Counted from the stretch's first letter, positions 1 to 9,037 are shown. The stretch: 64,000 nt of DNA from an uncultured Verrucomicrobiae bacterium (GCA_963811035.1 CAWEPO010000004.1:6331-70330); one strand, 5' to 3'. Numbers and translations are program-made. Notes: generated by a model from the letters alone, not told the origin.

Positions 1-993
1 AGTCGCAGCAGCGCCAGGCCTGGCTGCGGCGCCCGACCCAGTTCGCTCGCCGTGCGATACGCGGCCTCGGCGGCATCGAATTCGCCACGCAGCCTCGAGA
101 TCTCCCCCTGCTGGTAGAACGCCGCGGCGACCGCGGCGGGTTCGGGAGACGTGGCAATCGCTCGGCCGCGAGCTGAGCCTCTTCGATCGCCTCCGGCCAG
201 GCGCCGCGGAGCTGCATGATCTCCGAGCGATGTACGCGACAGTCCCGTGAAGGCTCCGAGCTGCGGCTGCGCATCGCACCAGGTTTCGAGCGCCATCGTC
301 CATTCGCGCGACCGATCGATCGCGTACACGCGCTGGCAGCAGCCGATCACCGTGCAGTAGACGATGCCCGTCACCATCGGGCTCAGCTGTCCCGAGGTCA
401 CGGGAAGCATGGCCTGATCGAGCAGGGCCATCCCGGCTTCGTGCTCGTCGAGCGCGATCAACGTCTGCCCGTGGACGGCGCGGCCGAGGCTCACGAGCTC
501 GGGATCGCCGAAACGTTCGCTGATGGTCACCGCCTCGACCGCGGCGTCGCGGGACGCGGATGCGTCGTTCTTGCGGAAAAGCAGGAAATAGGCCTTGGGC
601 ACAGCAGGTAGCCACGCTCGGCGCAATCGGCGCCATGGCGCTCGACCAGCTGCTCCGCGCGCGCGACCCATGCACCGCCGCGACCCATTTCGCCCAGGTA
701 GAGGAGCCGGAATGCGAGCCGAACCCGCCCGCGCCGCCGCTTCGACGGTCCTTCGCCCCGAGAAGGTCGTGCAGGCGTTCCAGCGCCGCGAAGTGGGCTT
801 CGTGATTCCCCGCGAGTCCGGCGGACCACGCGAGGCGATCGAGGTCGTCGGCACCCAGCGGTTCGATGCGATCGGCGCTCGCCAGCGCCTCCCAGGCATC
901 CTGCCAGGCGTTGCGCTCGTACGCCGTTCGCCCCAGTTCGAGATGCGCGGCCGCGGAGTCGGGCCTGGCTGTGGACTTGGACCGTGAGGACAT
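1..993 (-). pseudogene. TPR-rich LuxR/MalT-type regulator, N-terminal part (C-terminus beyond position 1); frame broken about 4 times
   Basis: ATG at 993. Protein-like text appears in successive minus frames: MSSRSKSTARPDSAAAHLELGRTAYERNAWQDAWEALASADRIEPLGADDLDRLAWSAGLAGNHEAHFAALERLHDL; then LAFRLLYLGEMGRGGAWVARAEQLVERHGADCAERGYLL (frame of ORF 527..829); then KAYFLLFRKNDASASRDAAVEAVTISERFGDPELVSLGRAVHGQTLIALDEHEAGMALLDQAML...VYCTVIGCCQRVYAIDRSREWTMALETWCDAQPQLGAFTG; then RVHRSEIMQLRGAWPEAIEEAQLAAER; then IATSPEPAAVAAAFYQQGEISRLRGEFDAAEAAYRTASELGRAPQPGLALLR. Shifts lie near 740, 600, 245 and 160. The family name is from memory of similar regulators. Confidence 0.45.
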
Positions 994-1054
994 GGGCGCG
1001 AGGGTACTACAGCGAGAATGCCTGGTCCCCCGACAACAACTCCACAGCCCGGAA

Positions 1055-1917
1055 TCAGCCGCGATATCGGCTCATGCGCTGCTGGATCCCCCGCCAGCCG
1101 GCCATCGTTGGCAATGAGCCCCGCCTTGTCCGGTAACGACTTCGCCTGCTGACGAACCGCGGCGATGCGATCCTCCGCGAGCGGATGGCTCGAGAAGAAC
1201 TGTTCGACCGATCCAGGTCGACTCTTCCGTTGCCGCAACAACTCCTCGAACATCTTCGCCATGCCTTCCGGGTCATAGCCGGCCTCGTACATGTACCGCA
1301 CGCCGAGCCGATCCGCCTCCTGCTCGTCGGCACGCGAGAACTTGGCAACCACGCCCGTCGCGGCGATCTGGGTCGCGATCTGCTTGATGGCGGAGGGGTT
1401 GTTGCCGAGCAACAGACCGGCGCCAATGTTGAGACCATAGGTCGTGCTGAGGCGCTCGGTCGCGTGGCGGGAGACCCCGTGCGAAATCTCGTGCGCCATG
1501 ACCCCGGCCAGTTCCGACGTGCTCTTCGCCGCCAGGATCAACCCGGTGTTCACGTAGACATGTCCGCCGGGGATATTGAACGCGTTGATGTCCGGGCTCG
1601 CGACGATGTGGAACTTCCACGGCACGTTCGCCAGCTCCGTCCGGGCGACGATGCGCTGTCCGATTTCGCTCACGTAGGACAGCGCCGCATCGTCGTTCAC
1701 GAGCGTCATCTGGCTCGCGATCTCCTTCTCGAGCTGAGCGCCGAGCTGCCACTCCTCGTCGAGGGAGACCAGATTCAACTGCCCCTTGTTCACTCCCGTC
1801 GCCGCGCAGCCAAGCGTCAACGCGGTGATGGCGAAGAAGGTCAGGACGGTCAGGGGAAAACGCCGGCGGCGGAATAGGTCACGGGACTCGCGGAGCGGTC
1901 GGAAAAGTCGGTTCCAT
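1055..1917 (-). pseudogene. M48-family zinc metalloprotease (probable lipoprotein) with apparent frame disruptions at both ends
   Basis: My own translation of the minus frame gives FRRRRFPLTVLTFFAITALTLGCAATGV (signal/lipobox-like), FNIPGGHVYVNTGLILAAKSTSELAGVMAHEISHGVSRH (HExxH at about 1481-1493), FSRADEQEADRLGVRYMYEAGYDPEGMAKMFEELL and SSHPLAEDRIAAV. This frame has no start near 1877 (the nearest ATG, at 1917, is in another frame). It also has no stop before the window edge. The adjacent frame ends GIQQRMSRYRG* at 1055, which implies a shift near the C5 run at about 1088. Confidence 0.7.
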
Positions 1918-2245
1918 CTGAACCTCGTTCGTGGTCGTGGACGGCCCACGCCTCCGCACGCAATTCGAGAGCCAACAGGGTGCGAACTCGATCATGGAAA
2001 TGGAAAGACGCGTAAGTATCGGCGGATGCGGAGCTACGCCGGAGGATTCAGAGGCTCCGGAGCCTGGTCGATGAGCCGCTGGAGGGCGCGTTGTTCAATT
2101 CGCCGTTCCGTTGCAGCAGGCGGACTCATCCTTCCCCGCTCTCGAACGATACTGGGGGTACAGGCATGATCTGGATTGCGGCGCAGGCAGGGCGTTCGAC
2201 ATTCGACCATTCAGGACACGCACAGCCCCATTGCGGAGCTTTCCA

Positions 2246-2440
2246 ATGCTCGCCCTTCACGCGTACTCGCCTGCCGAGCGACTCGATATTCGGATCCAGG
2301 TCGTCGAACATGGCAACGCCTACTGCCCGGCTTCGGAGTGTCGCTGCCGGCTGATGGTCGAACTCAAGGAAGAACTCGAGGGTCCGGTCGTGGTCGTGGC
2401 CATGTGCCCCGGCTGCGGTGCGCTCGCGACGCAGTTCTGA
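2246..2440 (+). CDS. small Cys-rich hypothetical protein (64 aa; possibly longer upstream)
   Basis: Part of ORF 2111..2440: MLALHAYSPAERLDIRIQVVEHGNAYCPASECRCRLMVELKEELEGPVVVVAMCPGCGALATQF. Third-codon positions are strongly G/C in this frame, and there are two Cys pairs (CxxxxCxC and CxxC). It is convergent with the gene ending at 2443. I recognise no family. Confidence 0.3.
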   Translation: MLALHAYSPAERLDIRIQVVEHGNAYCPASECRCRLMVELKEELEGPVVVVAMCPGCGALATQF

Positions 2441-2442
2441 AA

Positions 2443-3371
2443 CTACCTCTCCCTCGCCTCCCCCACCTCCCGCCCGAGAAAGAAACCGTCGTCGCCCAGC
2501 GCCTGATAGAGCGGCATGAGCACGTAGCCCTCCCCCGGTGCGCGAATCTCGCCGCGCCGGTCCCGCGCGAGGAGCTGCTGCGACGCGATGCGCTGGATGT
2601 TCGCGAACCCGGGCTCCATGCGGAAGTGGTCGGCGGCGGTGATCCCGTGGCGGTGGTGCACGTGGAGCGCGTGCGGCAGATCTCCGCGCGTTCGGGCCAG
2701 GGTGTCTCGTTGGGCTCCCAACTGCGGCACGAGATGAGCCTCGAGCACTCCGGCGGCCACCATCGCGAGCCACGCCACAGCCTCATGATTGCGTTCGGTC
2801 GCAGGGTCGGAATTCTGGCCGCCCTCGACGACGGCGGCGATGCAGCGCGAGCCATAGTAGCCTGCGAGCGTTCCGTGGAGCACGTCGAGCAGGCCGAGCA
2901 CCATCGTCACCGGGAACGCCGCGGCGAACGCGCGTGCTTCGCGCGTGTCGGCGCACAGCGAGAAGGGAATGCCCGCGGCAGACGTGGCGTGAAGGTCGAC
3001 GAGATACACCGGGCCGCGCGCGCTCGCGAACGCGCGCTCGATCCGGTCGGCCAGCTCGAGCTGCTCGCGATCCTCGGCATCGACCGCGCCGGCGTCGCGA
3101 CGCAACGCCGCCAGCCGCTCCATCCGACCATCCGCGGTTCAGGTCGTGGGCAATGAGTCGCTGATTCCGCTCGAGCGCCCCGACATTGCCGGCGAGCATC
3201 AGCACGTCGCCGCGTAGGGACCCGCGCATCGCCTCGAGCGACCGACGCCACGCGACGCAGCGCGTTCACGCCCGACGGCTCGTTGCCGTGCAGCCCGCCG
3301 ATCGCGACGAGCAACGGGCCCGGCTCGTCGCCGGCGAAGCGTGCGATGACGCGGGAAGACTCAGTGGCCAA
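2443..3371 (-). pseudogene. succinylglutamate desuccinylase / aspartoacylase (AstE/AspA, M14-like) family zinc hydrolase, split over 3 frames
   Basis: Segment 3371 to ~3245: MATESSRVIARFAGDEPGPLLVAIGGLHGNEPSGVNALRRVA (HGNE metal motif). Segment ~3245 to ~3125: SLEAMRGSLRGDVLMLAGNVGALERNQRLIAHDLNRGW (frame of ORF 2783..3229). Segment 3123 to 2443: MERLAALRRDAGAVDAEDREQLELADRIERAF...VYLVDLHATSAAGIPFSL...GEGYVLMPLYQALGDDGFFLGRE (ORF 2443..3123). Confidence 0.7.
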
Positions 3372-5281
3372 GCTTTTCCTCGAGCAGCTGGCCGGCGATC
3401 TCGGTGAAGTCGTGCTCGGTCACGATGCCGACGAGCGTCTTGCCCTGCACGACGGGCAGGCAGCCGACGCGGTGCTCGCGCATGATGCCGATGGCGCGCA
3501 TCGTGGTCGTGTCGGGGCCGATCACCACCGGGTCGCGGCGCATGACCTCGCCCACCGGGATCGTCGCGGCCGCGCGTCCCTGCGGTCCGTGCTCCGACAG
3601 CAGCCGCAGCACGCTGCGGTAGGACACGAGGCCCACGAGCCGATGGTCGCGGTCCTCGACCGGCACGTGGCGGACGCGGTGCCACTCCATGAGGTGCGCG
3701 GCCAGCTCGACGGAGTCGTCCTCGTGCACGGTGTAGAGGTCGGTGGTCATGTACTGCTCCACCTTGAGGTAGTTGTTCTTCCAGCCGCCGCCCTCGCTGC
3801 GCGTCGCGGGCTCCCACTGCGACACCGGAATGCCGGCGCGCTGGCGGGCGACGGTCGCCATGGTGAGCGCGTTCAGCCGCTCGCCGAGCGTCCCTTCGTC
3901 CTTCATCGCGGCCAGCGAGAACAGCAGCCACTTGGAGCCGGTGCGACCGCTGCGCACGCGCCGCTCGAGAATGCCGAGGTAGCGCTCGCGATCGGCGGCG
4001 TCGACGCCGGCGGCCTCGAGCCCCGCGTTCGCGATCGGCAGCAGCCGGTCGAGGATGAGCTGCAGCGCCGTGATCTCCTCGCCGTCGAGCCACGTGAAGT
4101 GCGCGGCGAGCCCCTGGCGCGCGGCCGCCACGAAGTTGTGCTTCGCGTGCTCGAACTCCATGTGCTCGGTGACGTCGCCGATCTTCGGCGGCAGCCCGAT
4201 CATGAGCCCGATCCAGAACGCGGCGTTGGCGATCTCGTCGGCGACGCTCGGGCCCGAGGGCAGCACGCGGTTCTCGATGCGCAGGTGCGGCTTGCCGTCG
4301 GTGATGCCGTAGCAGGCGCGGTTCCAGCGATAGACGGTGCCGTTGTGAAGGCGCAGCGCCTTGAGCTGCGGGCACCCGTCCGGCCTCGAGCTCGGCCAGC
4401 GGATCCTCGTCCGCGTCGATGCCGACCAGGGTGCGGAAGCGCGTGACGTCCTCGCGGTAGATCTCGATCACCGAGCCGCGCAGCCAGCGGTCGCCGAACG
4501 TGACGCGCGGGCTCACGTCGCGCTGGTGTTGCGGGCTGCGCGTGTCGACCGCCTGCTGGAACAGCGCGATGCGCGTCTCGGCCCACAGCCGCCGGCCGAA
4601 CAGCAGCGGCGAGTTCGTGGCGGCGGCGAGCGTGCGGGCCCGCCAGCGCCTGGGCCAGGTTGTAGAGCCGCGCGAACTCCTTGGCGCCCGTCTGCAGGTG
4701 CACCTGGAAGCTCGAGTTGCACGCCTCGACCATGACCGAGTCGTGCTTGATGCGCAGCTCGTCGACGCCCTTGATCGCGATCTCGTAGTCGGCGCCGCGC
4801 AGCTCGGTCATCGCCTGGTTGAGCGCTCGGTAGCGCGGGTTCGGCACCATGTTGTCGAGCCCGAGATCGGACTTGCGCAGCGTGGGCAGGATGCCGGTGA
4901 GCACGAAGCCCACGCCGTGCGGTGCTGAGCGCCTTCTCGAGATGGGTCAGTCGCTCGCCGAGCTGCTCTTCCATCTGTCGCAGGCAGCGGCCGCCGAGCC
5001 TCTGCGGATCGAGGTTCAGCTCGAGCTGGAACAGTCCGAGCTCGGTGGTGAAGTGCGGGCTGTTCGCCGCTTCGAGCGCGATGAGCGCGCGCGGGCGCGG
5101 GATGGCCAGCGTCGAGTCGATCAGGAACATCTCCTGCTCGGCGCCGATGCGGCGGACGCCTTCCTCGATCATGCCGGCCGACGAGCATGCGCTCGAGCGC
5201 CTGCAGGTCGCGCAGGATCGCGCGCATGAACTCGCGCCGGCGCTCGCCGCCGAACTCGGTATCGGTCTTCTGCAGTCCCAT
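3361..5281 (-). pseudogene. glutamate-cysteine-ligase family 2 (GCS2) carboxylate-amine ligase with a C-terminal CBS-domain pair, split over 5 frame segments
   Basis: ATG at 5281. Segments in order: MGLQKTDTEFGGERRREFMRAILRDLQALERMLV; MIEEGVRRIGAEQEMFLIDSTL...FTTELGLFQLELNLDP...HLEKALS; GFVLTGILPTLRKSDLGLDNMVPNPRYRALNQAMTELRGADYEIAIKGVDELRIKHDSVMVEACNSSFQVHLQ; ARTLAAATNSPLLFGRRLWAETRIALFQQAVDTR...VTFGDRWL...; LKALRLHNGTVYRWNRACYGITDGKPHLRIENRVLPSGPSVADEIANAAFW. The tail carries the CBS pair: YMTTDLYTVHEDDSVELAAHLMEWHRVRHVPVED...LVGLVS and VMRRDPVVIGPDTTTMRAIGIMREHRVGCLPVVQGKTLVGIVTEHDF. Shifts lie near 5175, 4920, 4640 and 4380. Confidence 0.75.
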
Positions 5282-5295
5282 GGCGGCCGCCTTCC

Positions 5296-6026
5296 CTATC
5301 GCGTGAGCTCGTCGAGGTACTTGGGCAGCATGCGCCGCCACGTCACCCAGTCGTGGTGCCACTCCTTGCCCCACGGGTCGACGCGGTTGGGCACGCCGCG
5401 GCTGCCGAGCACGTGCGCCGCGTTCCACGACTCGCCGATGTCCTCGGCGCGCCCCTCGCCCGATGCGATGATCGCGAAGCGCGTGCGCAGCCGATCGAGC
5501 GTCTCGCCGTTCATCGCCGGCACGAACTGGACGGCGGTCGCGGCGTCGAGGTCGCGCGGTGGTCGGGCCCTTCACGAACCGGGCGATGTCGTAGGTGCCG
5601 CTCATCGCGACCGCGTGCGAGAACACGTCGGGGAAGCGGCACAGCACGGCCAGCGCGTGGAACGCGCCGATCGAGGCGCCGGTGGCGATGACGTCGATCG
5701 CGGGATCCTTGCAGTCGGCACGGATGGCCGGCACCAGCTCGTGGTAGACGAACTCGTGGAAGCGGTTCTGGATCAGACAGCGCTGCTGCGGCGTGCCGCG
5801 GCCTTCGATGAGCCACTGCCCCGCGACGCTGTCGCACGAGTACACCTTCACGCGCCCCGCCTCGAGCAGCGGCTGCGACCGCGTCGAGCATGTGGAAGCG
5901 CTCGACTTCTTCGGCGTCGCCGCCGGCGGTGGGAAACAGCAGCACGGGCTTGCCGAACGTGCCCCAGCGGACGACCTGCACCTCCTGGCCGAGGCGGTCG
6001 GAGTGCCAGCGGGTAGTGAGCTTCAC
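5296..6026 (-). pseudogene. esterase-family alpha/beta hydrolase (putative esterase / esterase D-like), split over 3 frames
   Basis: A GTG at 6026 overlaps the upstream TGA (GTGA). Segments: VKLTTRWHSDRLGQEVQVVRWGTFGKPVLLFPTAGGDAEEVERFHMLDA; QPLLEAGRVKVYSCDSVAGQWL...FHEFVYHELVPAIRADCKDPAIDVIATGASIGAFHALAVLCRFPDVFSHAVAMSGTYDIARFVKGP; LDAATAVQFVPAMNGETLDRLRTRFAIIASGEGRAEDIGESWNAAHVLGSRGVPNRVDPWGKEWHHDWVTWRRMLPKYLDELTR*. Shifts lie near 5880 and 5555. Confidence 0.65.
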
Positions 6027-6777
6027 TTCTTCGTCCTCCGGGCGGACGGCGTGGCCGTCGTCGCAGCCTTCGCGGCCTTCGCCGCGGGAGCGCCGTTGCT
6101 GTTGCATGACGTCGCCACGGGAGCGGCGGCAGACGTCGCACGGGAGCGGCGGCGGGGGTCACCGCGGCAGCCTCCTCGTCGCGCCAGCGCTGGATTCGCG
6201 ACCAGAACAGCTCCGTGAACTCCGCGACTTCGTGCGCGGGGAACAGCGCCTCGACCTTCACGCGTACCGCCTCGCGTGCCGCATCGGTGGCGAAGAACTC
6301 CCACACCACCTCGTCGAGATGCGCGAGGTGCTTGGCACAGAACTCTTCGAACCGCTCGGTGTCGAAGTGCTTCTCGGCGACGGCGGCGGTGGCGCGCAGG
6401 CGCTCGCGGTACGGCAGGTCGGGCTCGGCGGCGTCCCAGAACGGCTGCCAGTCGAGGTTCTGGCGCATGGGCCGCTTGGTCGCGGCGCAGAAGATCGACC
6501 ACTTGAGGTTCGCCTTCACCAGCCACGGGAAGTGGTAGTGGAGCGAAGTGACCTGGGAGTCGGGGCAGGCGTTGGCGAAGTCGATCGGGTGCCACACGCC
6601 GTCGCGCCGCAGCGCCTCGCACGAGTTGAAGTCCCAGCCGAAGAACGCGTTGATGGTGAGCGTCATGTCGCGCATCACCGATTGCTCCTCGGCGGGCAGC
6701 ACGTCGCGATCCATGGTGTAGCGATCGTGCAGCGGCGCGGACGGATCGTAGCGGACGAGCCGCGTCTGCGGTCCGAA
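6023..6777 (-). pseudogene. C-terminal fragment of an ATP-grasp-like protein (N-terminal part absent; one frameshift near 6140); family assignment tentative
   Basis: The frame opens immediately after a stop at 6778..6780. It reads FGPQTRLVRYDPSAPLHDRYTMDRDVLPAEEQSVMRDMTLTINAFFGWDFNSCEALRRDGVWHPIDFANACPDSQVTSLHYHFPWLVKANLKW...FWSRIQRWRDEEAAAVTPAAAPV. The tail continues in the frame that ends ...AAAPVATSCNSNGAPAAKAAKAATTATPSARRTKK* at 6023. The string IDFANACP resembles the terminal hEhNxxP strand of ATP-grasp folds. Confidence 0.4.
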
Positions 6778-6781
6778 TCAA

Positions 6782-7603
6782 TGGCGTGCCCATGACTACC
6801 AATTCCACATCCGAGCGGCGGAGCAGTTTAAACGCTGCGAGCACGTCAGCCAGGCCTTTGCGCTGCGACATGGAACCGGCAAACAAGACGCGCAGCTTGC
6901 CGCCGTCAGGTAAAGGTGCGTGTTCGACCGCAGGTGGAGAACCGAAGGGGGCGACGATGCATTGCTTTGTTTCCCGCAACTCGCGGGGGAGGCTGCGGGC
7001 GACAAACTCGCTCGGGCAGACGACGATGTCTGCCTGCGTAAGCTCCTCAGTTTTGCGTCCGCACTTTTCGGCGGAATCGCGCGTGGCGCCCAGGGTTGGC
7101 TCCCATTCCGGCAGCCGCGCCGCTTCCTCTTGCAACAGGCGTCGCGAGGTTTCCCAATAGGCAATCGGAAGGTTATACGCGGTCCTGATCCCGCGGTCGC
7201 GGGCCGCATGAAAAGTATCCCGTGCGGCATCCTCAAACGCATAGACGCAGCGCACTCCCCCGCCCCGCTCCACGCGCCGCGCCACCGCGCGGTCGAGCGA
7301 ACGGCAGACCGCATCGATGGAAGCAAAACCTTCTTCGTGCCTGGACAAACCACGCCATCCCAAGGCGGAGGAGGCTAGCCGCACGAGCTCGCGCCCCGGA
7401 TGTATATGCAGGCGTGAAAGGTGGATGTCATAGGTTCGCCGGCCCAACTCTTCCTGCCAGCGCCCAGGCAAGTGCCGAAGCCACCTAGAGTCCCGAGGGA
7501 CTGCCAGGCTGGTGTGAAACTCGTAGTTGGCATCGGCGCGTTCGAGGCCGCTCAGCACGGCGCGGGTAAAAGTGTTCCCTGTCGGGTGGCTGATGACGAC
7601 CAT
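6782..7603 (-). pseudogene. GT4-family (Glycos_transf_1) glycosyltransferase, N-terminal 274 aa only; truncated at the block boundary
   Basis: MVVISHPTGNTFTRAVLSGL...YAFEDAARDTFHAARDRGIRTAYNLPIAYWE...ADIVVCPSEFVARSL...GKLRVLFAGSMSQRKGLADVLAAFKLLRRSDVELVVMGTP. After this point the same frame (ORF 6023..7603) turns into Arg/Ala-rich nonsense. The E-x7-E sugar-donor motif of the C-terminal domain is missing. Confidence 0.7.
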
Positions 7604-7615
7604 GAGCGGCGCCGG

Positions 7616-9037
7616 CTAGACCTGCTTGCGACTGGCGTCCGCACTCAGCTTCGCTTTCTCTTCATTGGAGGCGAAAAGGTGCTCCGCATAGCGTGATCGC
7701 GCGCGGACTTTGCCACCTCCACGCGGAGTCGGCAGCGCGGCGGGCGGCGCATCCATCTGGGCGGCGGCCAGACAGAGGCCGCCCCCGAGCGCCGCGAAAC
7801 CAAGGACCGTGGGCTGCCCGAGCTGGCCATTGAGAATGAGCGAACCGGAAGCGCTCAGGATCAGCAGCGGCAGGAAATTATTTGCCTTCAGCGCCCGCCA
7901 GCTCACCTGCGCCAGGTAAATGAACACCGCGGCCCGCCAGAGGATGTAGAGCGGTCCCATCACATAGCCGCTCTCGATAATGAGCCGCTCCCACTCACCT
8001 TCCTCGAAGCCCGCCTTGTTGCCGATCAAGGCCGAGCCCGCCATCGTGCCGGAACCGAGCCCGGCCCCAAAGAAGGTCGAGCGCGACCAGGTGGCCGCGG
8101 GAATGAGATACGCTGAGAAAATGCGTTGCCACAACCCGCTGTGGCCGCCCGCGGTGGCAAAGCGATCGCTCAAATTCTCCACCCCCTGGCGCACCACGCC
8201 GAGCTGCATCACCAGCCCCACCACCGCCACCAGAATCGCCACGACGACGATGGCCCGGCCGAGGACTCGCGTGTCCGCAAAAGAGATGATCACCACCGCG
8301 CTGCAAACCACCATCACCACGAGAACGGCAGACCGGCTCCCGCTCGTGGCGACCGCCGCGACCACGGCCGCCGCCGAGGCCATCAACAGCCACTTCGGAT
8401 AGGTATCCTTTCTTAGTAACCCATTCAGCAAAAACCCAGACACGATCCCGTAAAAGCTCACCACCCCCACGATGAATGAGAAAGTCCCCGAAGCGCGGAC
8501 CTTTCCGCCGGTCGTCTCCAATTGCTTGCCTACACCGCCGGCGCCCGTGTTGAGCATATCCGTGGGAGAGGCCAGGAATTGCATCACGACGAGGACGCTC
8601 ATCGGAAGGGAAACGATCAGCACCCAGCGCCCCAAGCGGACGACATCCTGGTAGTTCAGCACCCTGGGAAGCAGAAAGATGAGCGGGAGATGCAGAAAGT
8701 CGGTCCTCAGTCCAAACAGGTAAACCTTTGGCTCCATTTGATTGGCAAACAATCCAAAGAGACCCACGCCAAAGAGGAGCATCCAAAACCACCCCATGAG
8801 ATTGCCCCCGGGAAAAATGCCGCGTGCCAAGGCAAGTGCATAGATCAGCAGCACCACCGGATCCCTGATGACCAGGAGCGGTGCATTGAGCCCAGGCAAC
8901 AGCCACTTGCGAAAGGCGCCTTCGAAAAGGAGCAGGAAGATATATAGCCAAATCAGGGCCCGGATCGCGCCAGCGTCCTCCGCCCTCTCCACGGGGAGCT
9001 CGCGCTCGAGGCTTCGGTCAGTCAAGGCCAGGGCCAT
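7616..9037 (-). CDS. Wzy_C / O-antigen-ligase-like polytopic membrane protein (ligase, polymerase or O-oligosaccharyltransferase)
   Basis: 473 aa with about 10-12 hydrophobic helices (LIWLYIFLLLFEGAF, VVLLIYALALARGIF, FWMLLFGVGLFGLF, LLMASAAAVVAAVATSGSRSAVLVVMVVCSAVVII, FFGAGLGSGTMAGSALIG, LYILWRAAVFIYLAQV). It also has a large loop and a basic tail. ATG at 9037, 2 nt after the upstream TAA. Confidence 0.7.
   Translation of the reverse strand: MALALTDRSLERELPVERAEDAGAIRALIWLYIFLLLFEGAFRKWLLPGLNAPLLVIRDPVVLLIYALALARGIFPGGNLMGWFWMLLFGVGLFGLFANQMEPKVYLFGLRTDFLHLPLIFLLPRVLNYQDVVRLGRWVLIVSLPMSVLVVMQFLASPTDMLNTGAGGVGKQLETTGGKVRASGTFSFIVGVVSFYGIVSGFLLNGLLRKDTYPKWLLMASAAAVVAAVATSGSRSAVLVVMVVCSAVVIISFADTRVLGRAIVVVAILVAVVGLVMQLGVVRQGVENLSDRFATAGGHSGLWQRIFSAYLIPAATWSRSTFFGAGLGSGTMAGSALIGNKAGFEEGEWERLIIESGYVMGPLYILWRAAVFIYLAQVSWRALKANNFLPLLILSASGSLILNGQLGQPTVLGFAALGGGLCLAAAQMDAPPAALPTPRGGGKVRARSRYAEHLFASNEEKAKLSADASRKQV

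Noticed and set aside
4380-6140. Apparent ~260-280-nt regular spacing of some frameshifts (5175, 4920, 4640, 4380), which might hint at programmed or engineered shifts
   Set aside because: Spacing elsewhere is irregular (325, 380, more than 1,000 and about 120 nt). No slippery heptamers or conserved context were seen at the shift sites, so this is consistent with random indels.
216-6795. Long plus-strand ORFs in the left block (216..611, 1185..1877, 2176..3156, 3283..4446, 4922..6016, 5890..6795)
   Set aside because: Their translations are Arg/Gly/Ala/Asp/His-rich with no motifs. Each lies opposite minus-strand segments that carry clear family signatures (M48 HExxH, HGNE, GCS2/CBS, esterase). 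They are high-GC shadow ORFs.
6023-7603. A 526-aa minus-strand ORF that looks like one large protein
   Set aside because: Only the first 274 aa are glycosyltransferase-like. The rest is an Arg/Ala-rich read-through across the block junction and an alternative frame of the ATP-grasp-like fragment. I treated it as a truncated GT4 plus an artefactual extension.
7995-8951. A 318-aa alternative-frame minus ORF and several plus ORFs inside 7616..9037
   Set aside because: The 473-aa frame gives a coherent multi-helix membrane protein with operon-consistent start and stop spacing. The alternatives are Gly/Arg-rich and lack hydrophobic periodicity.
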